From: Nitrososphaeraceae archaeon | GTDB lineage: Archaea > Thermoproteota > Nitrososphaeria > Nitrososphaerales > Nitrososphaeraceae | Direction: 5' to 3' | DNA: 26,260 nt | Assembly (NCBI GenBank): GCA_035297365.1 | Contig: DATGZA010000035.1 | Span: 1-26,260, forward strand | Shown: piece by piece, positions 17,207 through 26,260 of the stretch | Layout: each line of letters starts with the position of its first letter | Position numbering within the stretch: position 1 is the stretch's first letter | Notes under the pieces: generated by a model | Told to the model about the DNA's origin: nothing | Databases searched by the model: none | What the model saw: the letters and a program-made list of their open reading frames with translations, nothing else | Position numbers and translations under genes: made by a program

Positions 17207-19804
17207 CTAGACAAAAGTTCGATATACATCTTCAATAGCAATAACCTCTTCTGTTGTTTCGTCATTTTTCAGTCGACCTAATATCTCCAAAGCTGCTTTT
17301 TTATGTAAATATTCATTATTATTTCCGCATCTATACGAATAGGTACATCTTGGACAACCATCCTCATTCTCGCACGGACATTCATTTATGATGTTATGTG
17401 CACGTATTACTGCCTGTTCAAATCTATCATACAGACTTTTACTTGCACCATTTCCACCTATGCTTCCATCATGTACAACAATAATTCCTGAATCACCTAG
17501 TGAAATTCCTCCTAAATCTTGTGACGCGCCACCAGTTATCATCGAACTTCCTTCTATAATTACATGTTCTGTAGCATGATAACCGCTTGTTTCTACCAAT
17601 TCCTTGTCCCTTATTTGTTCCAAGATTGTTAAAGGTCTAGGAGCTTTAAATATAAAACCTTTAGTAACATATTCAAAAATTTCTGGATTTTCAAATAATA
17701 CTTTTTTACCTTGATTTATTTCTTTTCCAATTTCTATATTGGAGTATCCAGTTACTCTTTTTAAGATTTTTAGTAAACAATACTTTAATTGTATTCCATA
17801 TACGTTCTTTTGTTCAATAATTTCAAGAATTTCTGGGATCTCTTCTAGCATTGCTTTAGTGTAATATGGGTAATTCGAAGGAATCATTTCAACTTCAGCA
17901 AAACTTCTTTCTGATCTATTGTCTAAAACGAATCTATCTACCTTGTATCTTTTTCCAGCTATAAAATATATTGCATCCTTGTGTAATTCTTCTAGCGCAT
18001 ACGGTAAATTCCTATTCCCAACTACTTTACCATCAAAAATGATATCAATTTCTTTTCCTGTACCTCTTATACTGTAGTTTTTTAATTTTAAAAACGATTT
18101 GCTGTTTGTGATATATCTGTCATCTTTTAGATCTATCAATCCTTCTTTCACTAACCGTTTTATTGCTTCTGACATTTTTTTTGATTCTGATAAAGAGATT
18201 GGTCGATCAGAACACATTGCTAAAATCTGATTTTCCTCAATTATAGGGTTGTGTGGATCAATATAAGGATATTCGTAGTCACAAAAATAATCCTCAGGGT
18301 GATTCTTATAATACTGACTTATTGGATCATTTCCCAGTGTAAGAAAAGCAAATCCCTCTTGTCCACTTCTAGCAGCTCTTCCTAATCTCTGTAATAATCT
18401 GTTAATGGGAACAAGATTAGATATTACTGAATCTACATCCCCTATGTCTATTCCTAATTCTAATGTTGGTGTGGAAGATAAGACATCCAATTTGCCGGAT
18501 CTGAAAGAATTCTCCATGATTTTCCTAACCTTTGGTAAAAGACCAGCTCTATGTACTCCTATTTTTATCCCTAATCTTGAGGAATTGAATGCCAAAAGTT
18601 CAGCGGAAATATGAGAATTACTAAAGACTAAGGTTTTATGTTTTTTTGATATTTTTCTTATAAGGTCCAATCTCAAAGACCTATTTGACCGTAAAGATGG
18701 ATAAATAATTGAAAAATTTATTATCCCTTTTCTTCCAGTTCCTTTGATAATTTCCATTCTTTTGTCAAATAACTGGTTACAAAATTCATTAGCGTTAGGC
18801 AACGTTGCTGAACAAGCTATTATCTGCAATTTTCCTTTACTTGATAATATTCTTTCAAGTCTCTTTATTATAAAGTAGATATTTGACCCAAAAACACCAT
18901 TATATGTATGGACTTCGTCCACAACCAGGAATTTTATTGTTTTAAATAGATTCACAAATCTAGTTTTATTTAAGAGATGGTAATGTATCATATCAAAATT
19001 AGTTATTAAGATCTCCGGAGGTTGATCATAAATTGTCTGTTTTTCGGATTCATCAAGGTCTCCATCAAATATTTTTGCTTCGATATCCAGTTCATTTGCA
19101 TAGTAGTTTATTTTCTGAAACTGGTCTCTTCCCAAAGCTTTTGTAGGATAAACAAATATCGCTGAAACTCTATTGGTAGGCAGATTGGTATCTTGTTTTA
19201 TTTTTTTTAAAAAAATTTTCTCATTATTACCTTTCAAGAGATTATCATCATAAATTTTTTGAATAACAGGAAGACAGAAAGATTCAGTTTTCCCGGAGGC
19301 AGTTGGCGCAATTATAACAATATCTTTTCCCCGGAGAATTTTCAAGATAGCATCCTCCTGAAATTTAAATAGTTTATTTATGTCTTTTTTACGAAGTTGT
19401 TCTAATAAAATGTCACATAACGGTAATTCTTCTAATTCTTTTCCATCTTGAATGTCCGAATCTATAAGTTTTCGTAGGTCTACAATGTAGTCAGTTTCAG
19501 AATACAAGATGTTGTTTATCAATTCATTATCAAAATTATTTTTTTCAATCATTTCTTTGATCTCATTTTTTGATCTAACCAGTTTTTCCTGTTCAAGAAT
19601 TGCTTTAAAATCTTTCATTAAAGTAACTGAGCCAGTATCAAACCGTTCCAAGAAATCTAGGTATGTCTCGTCTAAATCTACATTAAATGGGATAACGCAA
19701 CAAATATCACATTTTTCACAGACAAACAATATTCTTCCGTCAAAAATCTTATCTGTTTTGATTGAATTAATTGTGGAACAATTGGGGCATCGATATTTAT
19801 TCAC
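17207..19804 (-). CDS. SF2 DEAD/DEAH helicase with C-terminal DUF1998 Zn domain (Hrq1/MrfA/SftH-like) and N-terminal Zn ribbon
   Basis: Motifs APTASGKT, YPTKALGRDQ, DEVH, SAT, TLELGIDIG and QRLGRAAR. C-terminal CPC....GCPRC.....C and N-terminal CPNC...CEKC. Confidence 0.93.
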   Translation of the reverse strand: MNKYRCPNCSTINSIKTDKIFDGRILFVCEKCDICCVIPFNVDLDETYLDFLERFDTGSVTLMKDFKAILEQEKLVRSKNEIKEMIEKNNFDNELINNILYSETDYIVDLRKLIDSDIQDGKELEELPLCDILLEQLRKKDINKLFKFQEDAILKILRGKDIVIIAPTASGKTESFCLPVIQKIYDDNLLKGNNEKIFLKKIKQDTNLPTNRVSAIFVYPTKALGRDQFQKINYYANELDIEAKIFDGDLDESEKQTIYDQPPEILITNFDMIHYHLLNKTRFVNLFKTIKFLVVDEVHTYNGVFGSNIYFIIKRLERILSSKGKLQIIACSATLPNANEFCNQLFDKRMEIIKGTGRKGIINFSIIYPSLRSNRSLRLDLIRKISKKHKTLVFSNSHISAELLAFNSSRLGIKIGVHRAGLLPKVRKIMENSFRSGKLDVLSSTPTLELGIDIGDVDSVISNLVPINRLLQRLGRAARSGQEGFAFLTLGNDPISQYYKNHPEDYFCDYEYPYIDPHNPIIEENQILAMCSDRPISLSESKKMSEAIKRLVKEGLIDLKDDRYITNSKSFLKLKNYSIRGTGKEIDIIFDGKVVGNRNLPYALEELHKDAIYFIAGKRYKVDRFVLDNRSERSFAEVEMIPSNYPYYTKAMLEEIPEILEIIEQKNVYGIQLKYCLLKILKRVTGYSNIEIGKEINQGKKVLFENPEIFEYVTKGFIFKAPRPLTILEQIRDKELVETSGYHATEHVIIEGSSMITGGASQDLGGISLGDSGIIVVHDGSIGGNGASKSLYDRFEQAVIRAHNIINECPCENEDGCPRCTYSYRCGNNNEYLHKKAALEILGRLKNDETTEEVIAIEDVYRTFV

Positions 19805-19908
19805 TAAAATAACACATAAACTATCTGGTAAATCTGTTATTTTATTTTTTATTGATAATATTCGTAATGATAAATAAAATAAGGAAAAATGTAAATTACG
19901 TAATTATT

Positions 19909-20070
19909 ATGAATGATAGGAATTACCAAAAGAAAAAAAATATAGTCGAGAAATTCATAAAGAAAAATAAGACCATTGATCATTCGAAAATTTTAAACGA
20001 AATAGATGTAGATTATGATACTTTGATGAGGATATTGTCCGATCTAAGAAGCGAGGGTAAAGTAAGCTGA
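19909..20070 (+). CDS. Small winged-helix-like hypothetical protein
   Basis: From ATG 19909: MNDRNYQKKKNIVEKFIKKNKTIDHSKILNEIDVDYDTLMRILSDLRSEGKV, an HTH-like pattern ending L..L...G.V. Divergent from the helicase. Confidence 0.65.
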   Translation: MNDRNYQKKKNIVEKFIKKNKTIDHSKILNEIDVDYDTLMRILSDLRSEGKVS

Positions 20071-20198
20071 TACAAATTTCATAGTTACCTATACAAGGAA
20101 AACAACCAAACCAAAAAACCTATAATATTTTGTCTGCCAATTTTTGAATTTCATTTTTAATCTTGATTTTAGTTTAGGTGAATCTGTTGGTTATGAAA

Positions 20199-20975
20199 TC
20201 AATTAAATGATGATCTTACTATCGGATTGACAAAATAAGGAAATGTATGTTTGAGCCAAACTGCAGATCGTGCAAAAAAAGGAACAACTATTTCAAGTCT
20301 TGGTGAATTGCTAGCATGCATGACAGCTTTAGATACTTTTTTAGGATCAAGAACATATCCTATTTTATGGGGCATTTTACCCTTAAATGAATCGTTATCA
20401 AAAAAGTTAGTCCTAACCGCTACTGGACTAACAACTGTTATTCCAACTCCCGTACCTTTTAATTCATGATATAGAGATTCTGAAAAACCTAACATCGCAA
20501 ATTTTGACCCGCAGTAAGCTGCCATTCCAGGTATGCCAAAACTAGCGGCTAATGATGCCACATTTACAATATGTCCAGATCCATTTTTGATCATGGAATT
20601 GAGAAATACCTTGGTACAGTATACCATACCAAAATAATTTGTAAACGTTACTTGTTCAATTTCTTCTAAGGTCTGTTCCAAAACTTTTCCATATCGTCCA
20701 AATCCTGCATTGTTTACAAGAATATCTATATGATTGTATTTTTCTTCTATCTCCTTTCCCATTTCGACGACTTGATTTTTTTTCGAGATGTCACAAGGAT
20801 AAATTCTGGTTTCACATTTTGGATTTAGTAATTTTTCTACTCTCTCTAGGTTGGTTTTTGACCGTGATACTAAAACTATAGTTTTTACACCATTGTTTGA
20901 AAAGTCAATTGCTACTTGTTTTCCAATTCCTGATGACGCACCTGTAACAATAACTTTCTTATCTTTGAAATTCAT
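20199..20975 (-). CDS. Classical SDR family NAD(P)-dependent oxidoreductase
   Basis: TGASSGIG, DILVNNAG, IVNVASLA and catalytic YCGSK. Confidence 0.95.
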   Translation of the reverse strand: MNFKDKKVIVTGASSGIGKQVAIDFSNNGVKTIVLVSRSKTNLERVEKLLNPKCETRIYPCDISKKNQVVEMGKEIEEKYNHIDILVNNAGFGRYGKVLEQTLEEIEQVTFTNYFGMVYCTKVFLNSMIKNGSGHIVNVASLAASFGIPGMAAYCGSKFAMLGFSESLYHELKGTGVGITVVSPVAVRTNFFDNDSFKGKMPHKIGYVLDPKKVSKAVMHASNSPRLEIVVPFFARSAVWLKHTFPYFVNPIVRSSFN

Positions 20976-21293
20976 CTATATTAACACTATAAATAAACTA
21001 TTAAAAAGTCTTGAATCTTTAAATTCTGGTTTATAATTTTTAGCTGTTTAGATGAGATCTTTATTAAAGAATCACTATTATTTATATATAATTATCGTAT
21101 AATGAAATGAACTTTTAGTAAGGAAACAAATTATAGTCTAATGACTTGCATCCTCAACAATCTTAGCAAATATAGGTTTAAAGGATCGTTTCTTATGGTA
21201 ATATTACACTACTATTACCTTGGGTTAGATAACCATAAAAAGAACCCAAAAAACTAAAATATTATCATTATAATCTAATATCAGGATCTGCTA

Positions 21294-22526
21294 TTGTTAG
21301 ATGAAAATAAATCCACAGACGAGGATGATTCTCTTTCTTTAGAAGGCACTGGTGTCGATGCTGAAGATATAACTAAAACTCCATCTGTCACTGGATCTGT
21401 CGGTGTATCTGTCAGTGGGCCGAATAATGGAGAAAGAGATGAATACCTGCGGGCTATAAGACATCTGGATAGGCTTTTAGCATTTAATCCTAGTGATCCT
21501 GGAACATATTTTGATAAAGGATTTATCTTAGAAATCATTGAGAAATTGGAAGATGCAATAAAATGCTTTGATCATGCATTAAAAATAAAACCCAATTATT
21601 TTCAGGCCTTATATAGAAAAGGTTTAGTATTATCTCGTCTGCAGAATTATGCTGATGCAATAAAATGCTTTGACCAAGCCTTGGAAATAAAACCAAACGA
21701 TATCAATGTATTAAATAATAAAGGTTCTACATTTAATAAAATGGGTTTGTATGAAGAAGCTTCAAATGTATATAATGAATCTCTGAAAGTAAAACCAGAT
21801 GATATTACTGCATTAAACAACAAAGGAGTTGCCTTAATAAACATGAACAAGATTCACGAAGCAATAGACTCTTATGATAAGGCACTAAGCGTGAAACCCA
21901 ACGATATTACAGCATTAACTAACAAAGGTATTGCACTGGCGTCACTTGGAAGATACGATGATGCAATCTATTATTACGATATGGCTCTGAACTTGAAACC
22001 CAACGATATTACAGCATTAACTAACAAGGGAGTTGCCCTGTCGTCACTTGGAAGATACGATGATGCAATCTATTATTATGATTCTGCGTTATCTTTAGAT
22101 CCTAACTCTGCTAATCTTTATTTTAATAAAGGTCTAGCTTTGACTCACGCTGGAAATCATTCCGAAGCAATAGAATATTATGATAAGGCAATTAGTATAA
22201 AGAATGACTATATAGATGCATATTATAACAAAGCGATATCTTTATCAGAACTCGGCAGGTTTGAAGAAGCGGTAAGATCATATGATCAAGTCTTGTATAT
22301 ATCATATGATTATGTATATGCTTATTATGGAAAAGGATATTCGTTGGATTGCTTAGAACGATATGAAGAAGCTATTCAATGTTATGATGAAGCAATTAGA
22401 ATCGAACCCGATTATCTACATGCTTATTATCGTAAGGCAGAGGGCCTTGGAAAATTAGGAAAAGCTTCTGAAGCTGATCAAATAATTAAAAGGGCTAAAG
22501 AAATAGAGTCAAGGGAATCTAATTGA
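21294..22526 (+). CDS. Tetratricopeptide repeat protein (about 10 TPRs) with an acidic disordered N-terminus
   Basis: 34-aa periodic A..NKG..L..LGRY..AI..YD.AL...P. TTG start. Confidence 0.93.
   Translation: MLDENKSTDEDDSLSLEGTGVDAEDITKTPSVTGSVGVSVSGPNNGERDEYLRAIRHLDRLLAFNPSDPGTYFDKGFILEIIEKLEDAIKCFDHALKIKPNYFQALYRKGLVLSRLQNYADAIKCFDQALEIKPNDINVLNNKGSTFNKMGLYEEASNVYNESLKVKPDDITALNNKGVALINMNKIHEAIDSYDKALSVKPNDITALTNKGIALASLGRYDDAIYYYDMALNLKPNDITALTNKGVALSSLGRYDDAIYYYDSALSLDPNSANLYFNKGLALTHAGNHSEAIEYYDKAISIKNDYIDAYYNKAISLSELGRFEEAVRSYDQVLYISYDYVYAYYGKGYSLDCLERYEEAIQCYDEAIRIEPDYLHAYYRKAEGLGKLGKASEADQIIKRAKEIESRESN
21892..22082 (+). repeat. Recent 102-bp-period duplication of one TPR unit
   Basis: 21892-21980 and 21994-22082 differ at 6 of 89 nt. 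Confidence 0.9.
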
Positions 22527-22638
22527 TAATCTTTCAATCTCAATTACCAAATCTTATTTTCTTTTCTCATTAAAATAAAATGATTGAAATTAAACTGCAA
22601 GCTATATACATTATCAACTAATATCAAATTTCTTACAG

Positions 22639-23232
22639 CTATTTTACTTCAATTTTATACTCGTATTTTAGTGGTTGTGGCAAAAAAGTATTATCAAAAT
22701 CTATTCCAGTAATTTCAGCCACTAATCTGTATTCTCCTGTGCTACTAAAAATGGGACCTTCTATCTTTATAGGACTACCAAAGTCAGAAACATAGCTTGC
22801 TGCTAGGGTATCATAATTTGCGCTAACACGGTATCTTTCTATATTGCTATTGATGAATTCAATGTTGATATCGCCATTATGTCCGTGAAGATTTTCAGTC
22901 ATTAAATTTTTATTTTTGTCATCGTAGATGCTTATTATGTATGTAACGTGTGGGATATTGTTTCCTGTTTTATTGTCTATCAATGCTAAACTAACTTTTC
23001 CTTTTTCCGATACTGTGAATGTGGGATTATTGAATTTTAAAAAAAGTTCTCTATCTCCTATAATTGAAGGAGGTAAATTATGACCATCACCTCCACCACC
23101 ATGCATCTGTCCAAAAACATCATTAAAGAATCCTGGATAATTGATTAATATTGAATTTATCACTATTGTAAGAGTAATCGTGAACATGATCCTACTTAAA
23201 CTCGATTTTTTTAAATCTAAGAGCTCATTCAT
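22639..23232 (-). CDS. Secreted or membrane-anchored hypothetical protein with His motifs
   Basis: N-terminal hydrophobic segment ending near VFG, then QMHGGGGDGH, PHVTY and HGHNG, and a beta-rich body. Confidence 0.8.
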   Translation of the reverse strand: MNELLDLKKSSLSRIMFTITLTIVINSILINYPGFFNDVFGQMHGGGGDGHNLPPSIIGDRELFLKFNNPTFTVSEKGKVSLALIDNKTGNNIPHVTYIISIYDDKNKNLMTENLHGHNGDINIEFINSNIERYRVSANYDTLAASYVSDFGSPIKIEGPIFSSTGEYRLVAEITGIDFDNTFLPQPLKYEYKIEVK

Positions 23233-23390
23233 TATATAAAAAATCCATATTACTGTGAATATTTATACTTTAAACTAAAATAACAAAAAATAGAGATGAA
23301 TCTATGATCTCGGTTATCTCTGGTTAGTCATTTTTCTGCTTAAATACAAAGTATGAAAAAAATTTATACATTTAAGTTCATATAATAACA

Positions 23391-24461
23391 TTGGTCATTG
23401 ATACCATAAGAACAATAAAGCTTTTAGGAAAATGGTCCACAAATAGATTTATCGGAAAGAAACGTCCTCTAATAGCCGTCTTTAGTCTTACGCATTATTG
23501 TAATTTTTATTGTCCAATGTGTCCTTTTGGGGACCCTGATAAAATGAGTCAAATTAAGACAGCCAAACGAGACGATCTGTCTACTGAACAATGGAAGATA
23601 ATTTTCGATAAAGTTTCAAAATATTGTATATGGTCAATTATTGAAGGAGGTGAACCTACAAGTAGACCTGATTTTATGGAATTAGTTGTATATTTGTATA
23701 AATTGAGTATGCCCATAACTTTGATAACTAATTGTTCTTTATTGCATCAAATTGATTTGCTTGAATTAAAGAAATATATCCAATTTATAACTTGCAGTAT
23801 CGATTCTGTATATCCAGATTCTTATTGTAAAGTAAGAGGTGTGTCGCAAGATGTTTTTGCTAGAGTTATGAAAAATCTCCTCCTTCTTAAACATCATAAA
23901 ATACCTCATTATTTCAATTCAGTAATTACTAAATACAATACTGACGAATTTATCAACCAATCTTATTTTGAGAAAGCGAAAGAACTTGGTTCGAATGCAG
24001 TTTCACTCACATTTGTAGAGGATAGGTCTGATGTAGATTATTCTCTTCTGCCAGACCGTAAAACCATTGTCTCCATTTGTGAAAGTATTATTGACTATAG
24101 TAAGAAACATACCCGTCCAAAAATAATGATACCCATGGAATATTTTGAACAAATTATCGAACACGGTAGGGGAATATATGATGAATGTGGTGTTTGGAAA
24201 AGCATCTTTGTGAATGGGAATGGAACCGTACTAGTTCCGTGTTGGAAATATAATTCTCCTTCAAATACATATGATTTGTTAGAGCAAAGTGTAGAAGAAG
24301 TGTGGGAATCTCCCCAATGGGATATTGCAAGAACCTGTAAGGATTGCAAGGTATTGGGTTGCATTTGGTATTCATCACAGCCAATCACCACCTTTGCAAA
24401 AAACTATATGAGGGGAATGTCAAATCTTATCAATCAAGACAAATATGGAGCACTTGATTAA
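23391..24461 (+). CDS. Radical SAM protein with SPASM-type C-terminal domain
   Basis: CNFYCPMC (CxxxCxxC), GGEP, ITN and SIDS, with C-terminal C.....FV.GNG.V..PC and CKDC....C. Possibly the archaeal PTO1314-like family (unverified). Confidence 0.9.
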   Translation: MVIDTIRTIKLLGKWSTNRFIGKKRPLIAVFSLTHYCNFYCPMCPFGDPDKMSQIKTAKRDDLSTEQWKIIFDKVSKYCIWSIIEGGEPTSRPDFMELVVYLYKLSMPITLITNCSLLHQIDLLELKKYIQFITCSIDSVYPDSYCKVRGVSQDVFARVMKNLLLLKHHKIPHYFNSVITKYNTDEFINQSYFEKAKELGSNAVSLTFVEDRSDVDYSLLPDRKTIVSICESIIDYSKKHTRPKIMIPMEYFEQIIEHGRGIYDECGVWKSIFVNGNGTVLVPCWKYNSPSNTYDLLEQSVEEVWESPQWDIARTCKDCKVLGCIWYSSQPITTFAKNYMRGMSNLINQDKYGALD

Positions 24462-24699
24462 ATTCAGAGATATGTTGAATTATTACTATAGTATTAGACA
24501 GTAATTGATAACATCTTTTAACAGATCATTTTATAATACGATATAAAGATATTTGGAAGTATTTACTGTCTTTACCTTAAGTACTATGTATCTACTAATG
24601 TGCCCGCTGAAGTAAATTCCATATTATAGATCCTAAATCTATTCTTGAATTATATTAAATAGAAATTGACAAGTTAATTAAAATTTACTTACTTTAAAA

Positions 24700-24734
24700 T
24701 GGGATAAGCCATTTTATAACTATGGCTTATCCCA
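24700..24734. promoter_or_regulatory. Perfect 13-bp inverted repeat enclosing a TATA-like spacer
   Basis: TGGGATAAGCCAT-tttataact-ATGGCTTATCCCA. Confidence 0.55.
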
Positions 24735-24868
24735 ATGTGATGACTCGGTTGGTATGTGAATCATAGACTGGGTGAGATTGAGAATATGTTCTCGAATATT
24801 ATATGGAAGTTATATTATTTAATAATTTTTGTCATTCGATTGGAGGTGGTGTGAACCATTTCTTCCTC

Positions 24869-24894
24869 AAATTTTTTCGGCGCCGAAAAATTTT
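24869..24894. terminator. GC-cored palindrome flanked by T and A tracts (possible bidirectional terminator)
   Basis: TTTTTCGGCGCCGAAAAA is a perfect 18-bp palindrome at 24873-24890, extendable by AAA/TTT across a 1-nt bulge. Confidence 0.5.
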
Positions 24895-25296
24895 ATTATC
24901 GTTCAATATTTCATTTTGACATCTTGATCAAAAAGGGATAAAAAATAGTTATTTTGAATGTTTGACTTTGTTATGATGTAAGAAGACTTTTTCCCATAGC
25001 TTCATCATCATCATTATACAAGTCTTCTGGAATCTTATTTTTCATTATTTGAATATAAACTATTTTTTTGAGTATTTTAAATTTATTCCCATAAAAAGTG
25101 TACAAATAAACCTATCAATTTAAACTATATATATCTATATTTAGCCACTAAAACTATATACCTTTCACTTAAACATTTGCTAAAATAGGTTATGACATCT
25201 AACAAATATGATTTGTAGATAATTGACCCTGGTAATTTTATCTTCCTAAGAAATTCCGTATAGAACTTGAATTTTCTCCTTTTATGTCTTACCCCT

Positions 25297-25707
25297 TTAC
25301 AAACCCCATTCAATCTTTTTTTTAATATGAACTTTTACAAAAGGCGCTTCATTTTCCTTCCAAGGATCTTTTTTCACCTAAGTGAATTTTTTTTCAAAAA
25401 TATCATAAATATTTTTGAATTCCTCTCCTTTCTCAATAATTGAACCAAGTCCCTGTATAAATAGAGCCTTATTTCCATTGGTCTTATCATATACATCGAT
25501 AATTATTGATATCCGATTATTTTTAAGAATATTTTTATATTTTTTAGTTTGATAATCTGTTGCAAAAAATATGCAATTCTTCCAAAAAATATAACACACC
25601 GGAACAACATGGGGAATATTATTGTATGATGTAGCTACCCTGCAAATTTCGTTATTTTGCAAAAATTTTATTTCTTTATTAGATAGTTTGATTCCTTCGT
25701 TTTCCAC
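25297..25707 (-). pseudogene. Pyridoxamine 5'-phosphate oxidase (split-barrel flavin/F420-binding) family gene with an internal TAG
   Basis: ICRVAT...PHVVPV.Y, TKKYKNILKNNRISIIID and IQG.G.II. After TAG at 25380-25378 the frame continues VKKDPWKENEAPFVKVHIKKKIEWGL* to TAA at 25299-25297, which supplies the expected last strands. Confidence 0.8.
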
Positions 25708-26260
25708 TTATTGTATATTGTAAATAGTTCTTTATATTCTAATATAGTTATCATCTGTATCTTTTATGTATATAATATACCAGATCTAAATCACATATCA
25801 TTGTCAGAATACAATTTATGATGTTATCTAAAAATTATAATATGTATATGTTATTGTACTGTCAATTATATTGTAATATATCATTTAATAATTTCAAATT
25901 CTTAAAATAGTGCATTATAAAAAGTAAGTTACTTGTCTAACTATATGGTCTATTGATTTCTATATTTTAGTAATATAACTAAAAATATAATATGTAAAAA
26001 TAAGATATTATTCAAATCTATACTCTCTGTTATATTGCAAAAGTGGGAATATATTATATTAAAAATTTTCAACATCATTTTTTATTTTTTCATAGTTTTT
26101 TCTTTCACTCTATGAATCACTATTATGCTATTATCTATGAAAATCTAAGTCATAAAAGTGGGGCTAATAGGAAACACCGTCTAGATTTTCAAATAAAGTG
26201 AGTGCAACGTATATTTTTATGCATAAAATTGAAATATTGATCTATCACAATATTTTTTGT

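Noticed and set aside
17207-19804. DUF1998 helicase as part of a DISARM/Druantia-type defence system
   Set aside because: No methylase, nuclease or other defence partner is in the neighbourhood.
16830-24391. ORFs 16830-17060, 17388-17579, 18405-18614, 19509-19877, 20251-20469, 20851-21036, 21281-21538, 21647-21850, 24095-24391 and 24154-24384
   Set aside because: Antisense shadows of better-supported genes, with no motifs of their own.
23391-24461. Radical SAM protein as the missing MoaA
   Set aside because: It lacks the MoaA C-terminal CxxC-x13-C arrangement, the terminal GG and the YLRISVT-type N-terminal motif, and it is about 8 kb from the moa cluster.
24737-24781. Possible C/D box sRNA (GTGATGA box C at 24737-24743)
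   Set aside because: There is no canonical CTGA D box or convincing C' box at the expected spacing, and no guide target was recognised.
24971-25045. Minus-strand 24-aa ORF MKNKIPEDLYNDDDEAMGKSLLTS
   Set aside because: Too short to support, and the nearest TATA-like element is too close to the ATG.
25125-25313. 62-aa basic ORF
   Set aside because: TTG start overlapping the restored PPOX C-terminus, and no recognisable motif.
1-26260. CRISPR array, tRNA, rRNA or IS element
   Set aside because: No spacer-separated direct repeats, cloverleaf or rRNA-like GC-rich segments, transposase ORFs or terminal inverted repeats were seen.

Overview
Very AT-rich archaeal window. Gene content and promoter style (BRE/TATA about 25-30 nt upstream of starts, oligo-T terminators) best fit a soil-type ammonia-oxidising archaeon (Nitrososphaeraceae, Nitrosocosmicus-like); the taxonomy is inferred. 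In order: (1) a polyphosphate operon: the 3' end of a sixA gene missed by the ORF track, ppx, and two translationally coupled thymidylate-kinase-like paralogs that look like a heteromeric polyphosphate kinase, with a second sixA nearby; (2) a decayed region containing a CBS-domain relic; (3) a minus-strand extracytoplasmic thiol-redox cluster (exported two-repeat protein with one IVNCPFV Cys per repeat, CcdA, DipZ-type redoxin, small membrane protein, winged-HTH) whose two promoters share 11-bp-phased YCCA direct repeats just upstream of the TATA box; (4) a molybdenum-cofactor cluster (MOSC/YiiM, moaD, moaE, moaC-moaB fusion, TauE, moeA); (5) DUF1059-like, VOC, DUF1998 helicase, SDR, TPR, secreted His-motif and radical SAM genes; (6) a hairpin-rich intergenic segment and a PPOX-family gene interrupted by an in-frame TAG. 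No rRNA, tRNA, CRISPR array or transposase was recognised.
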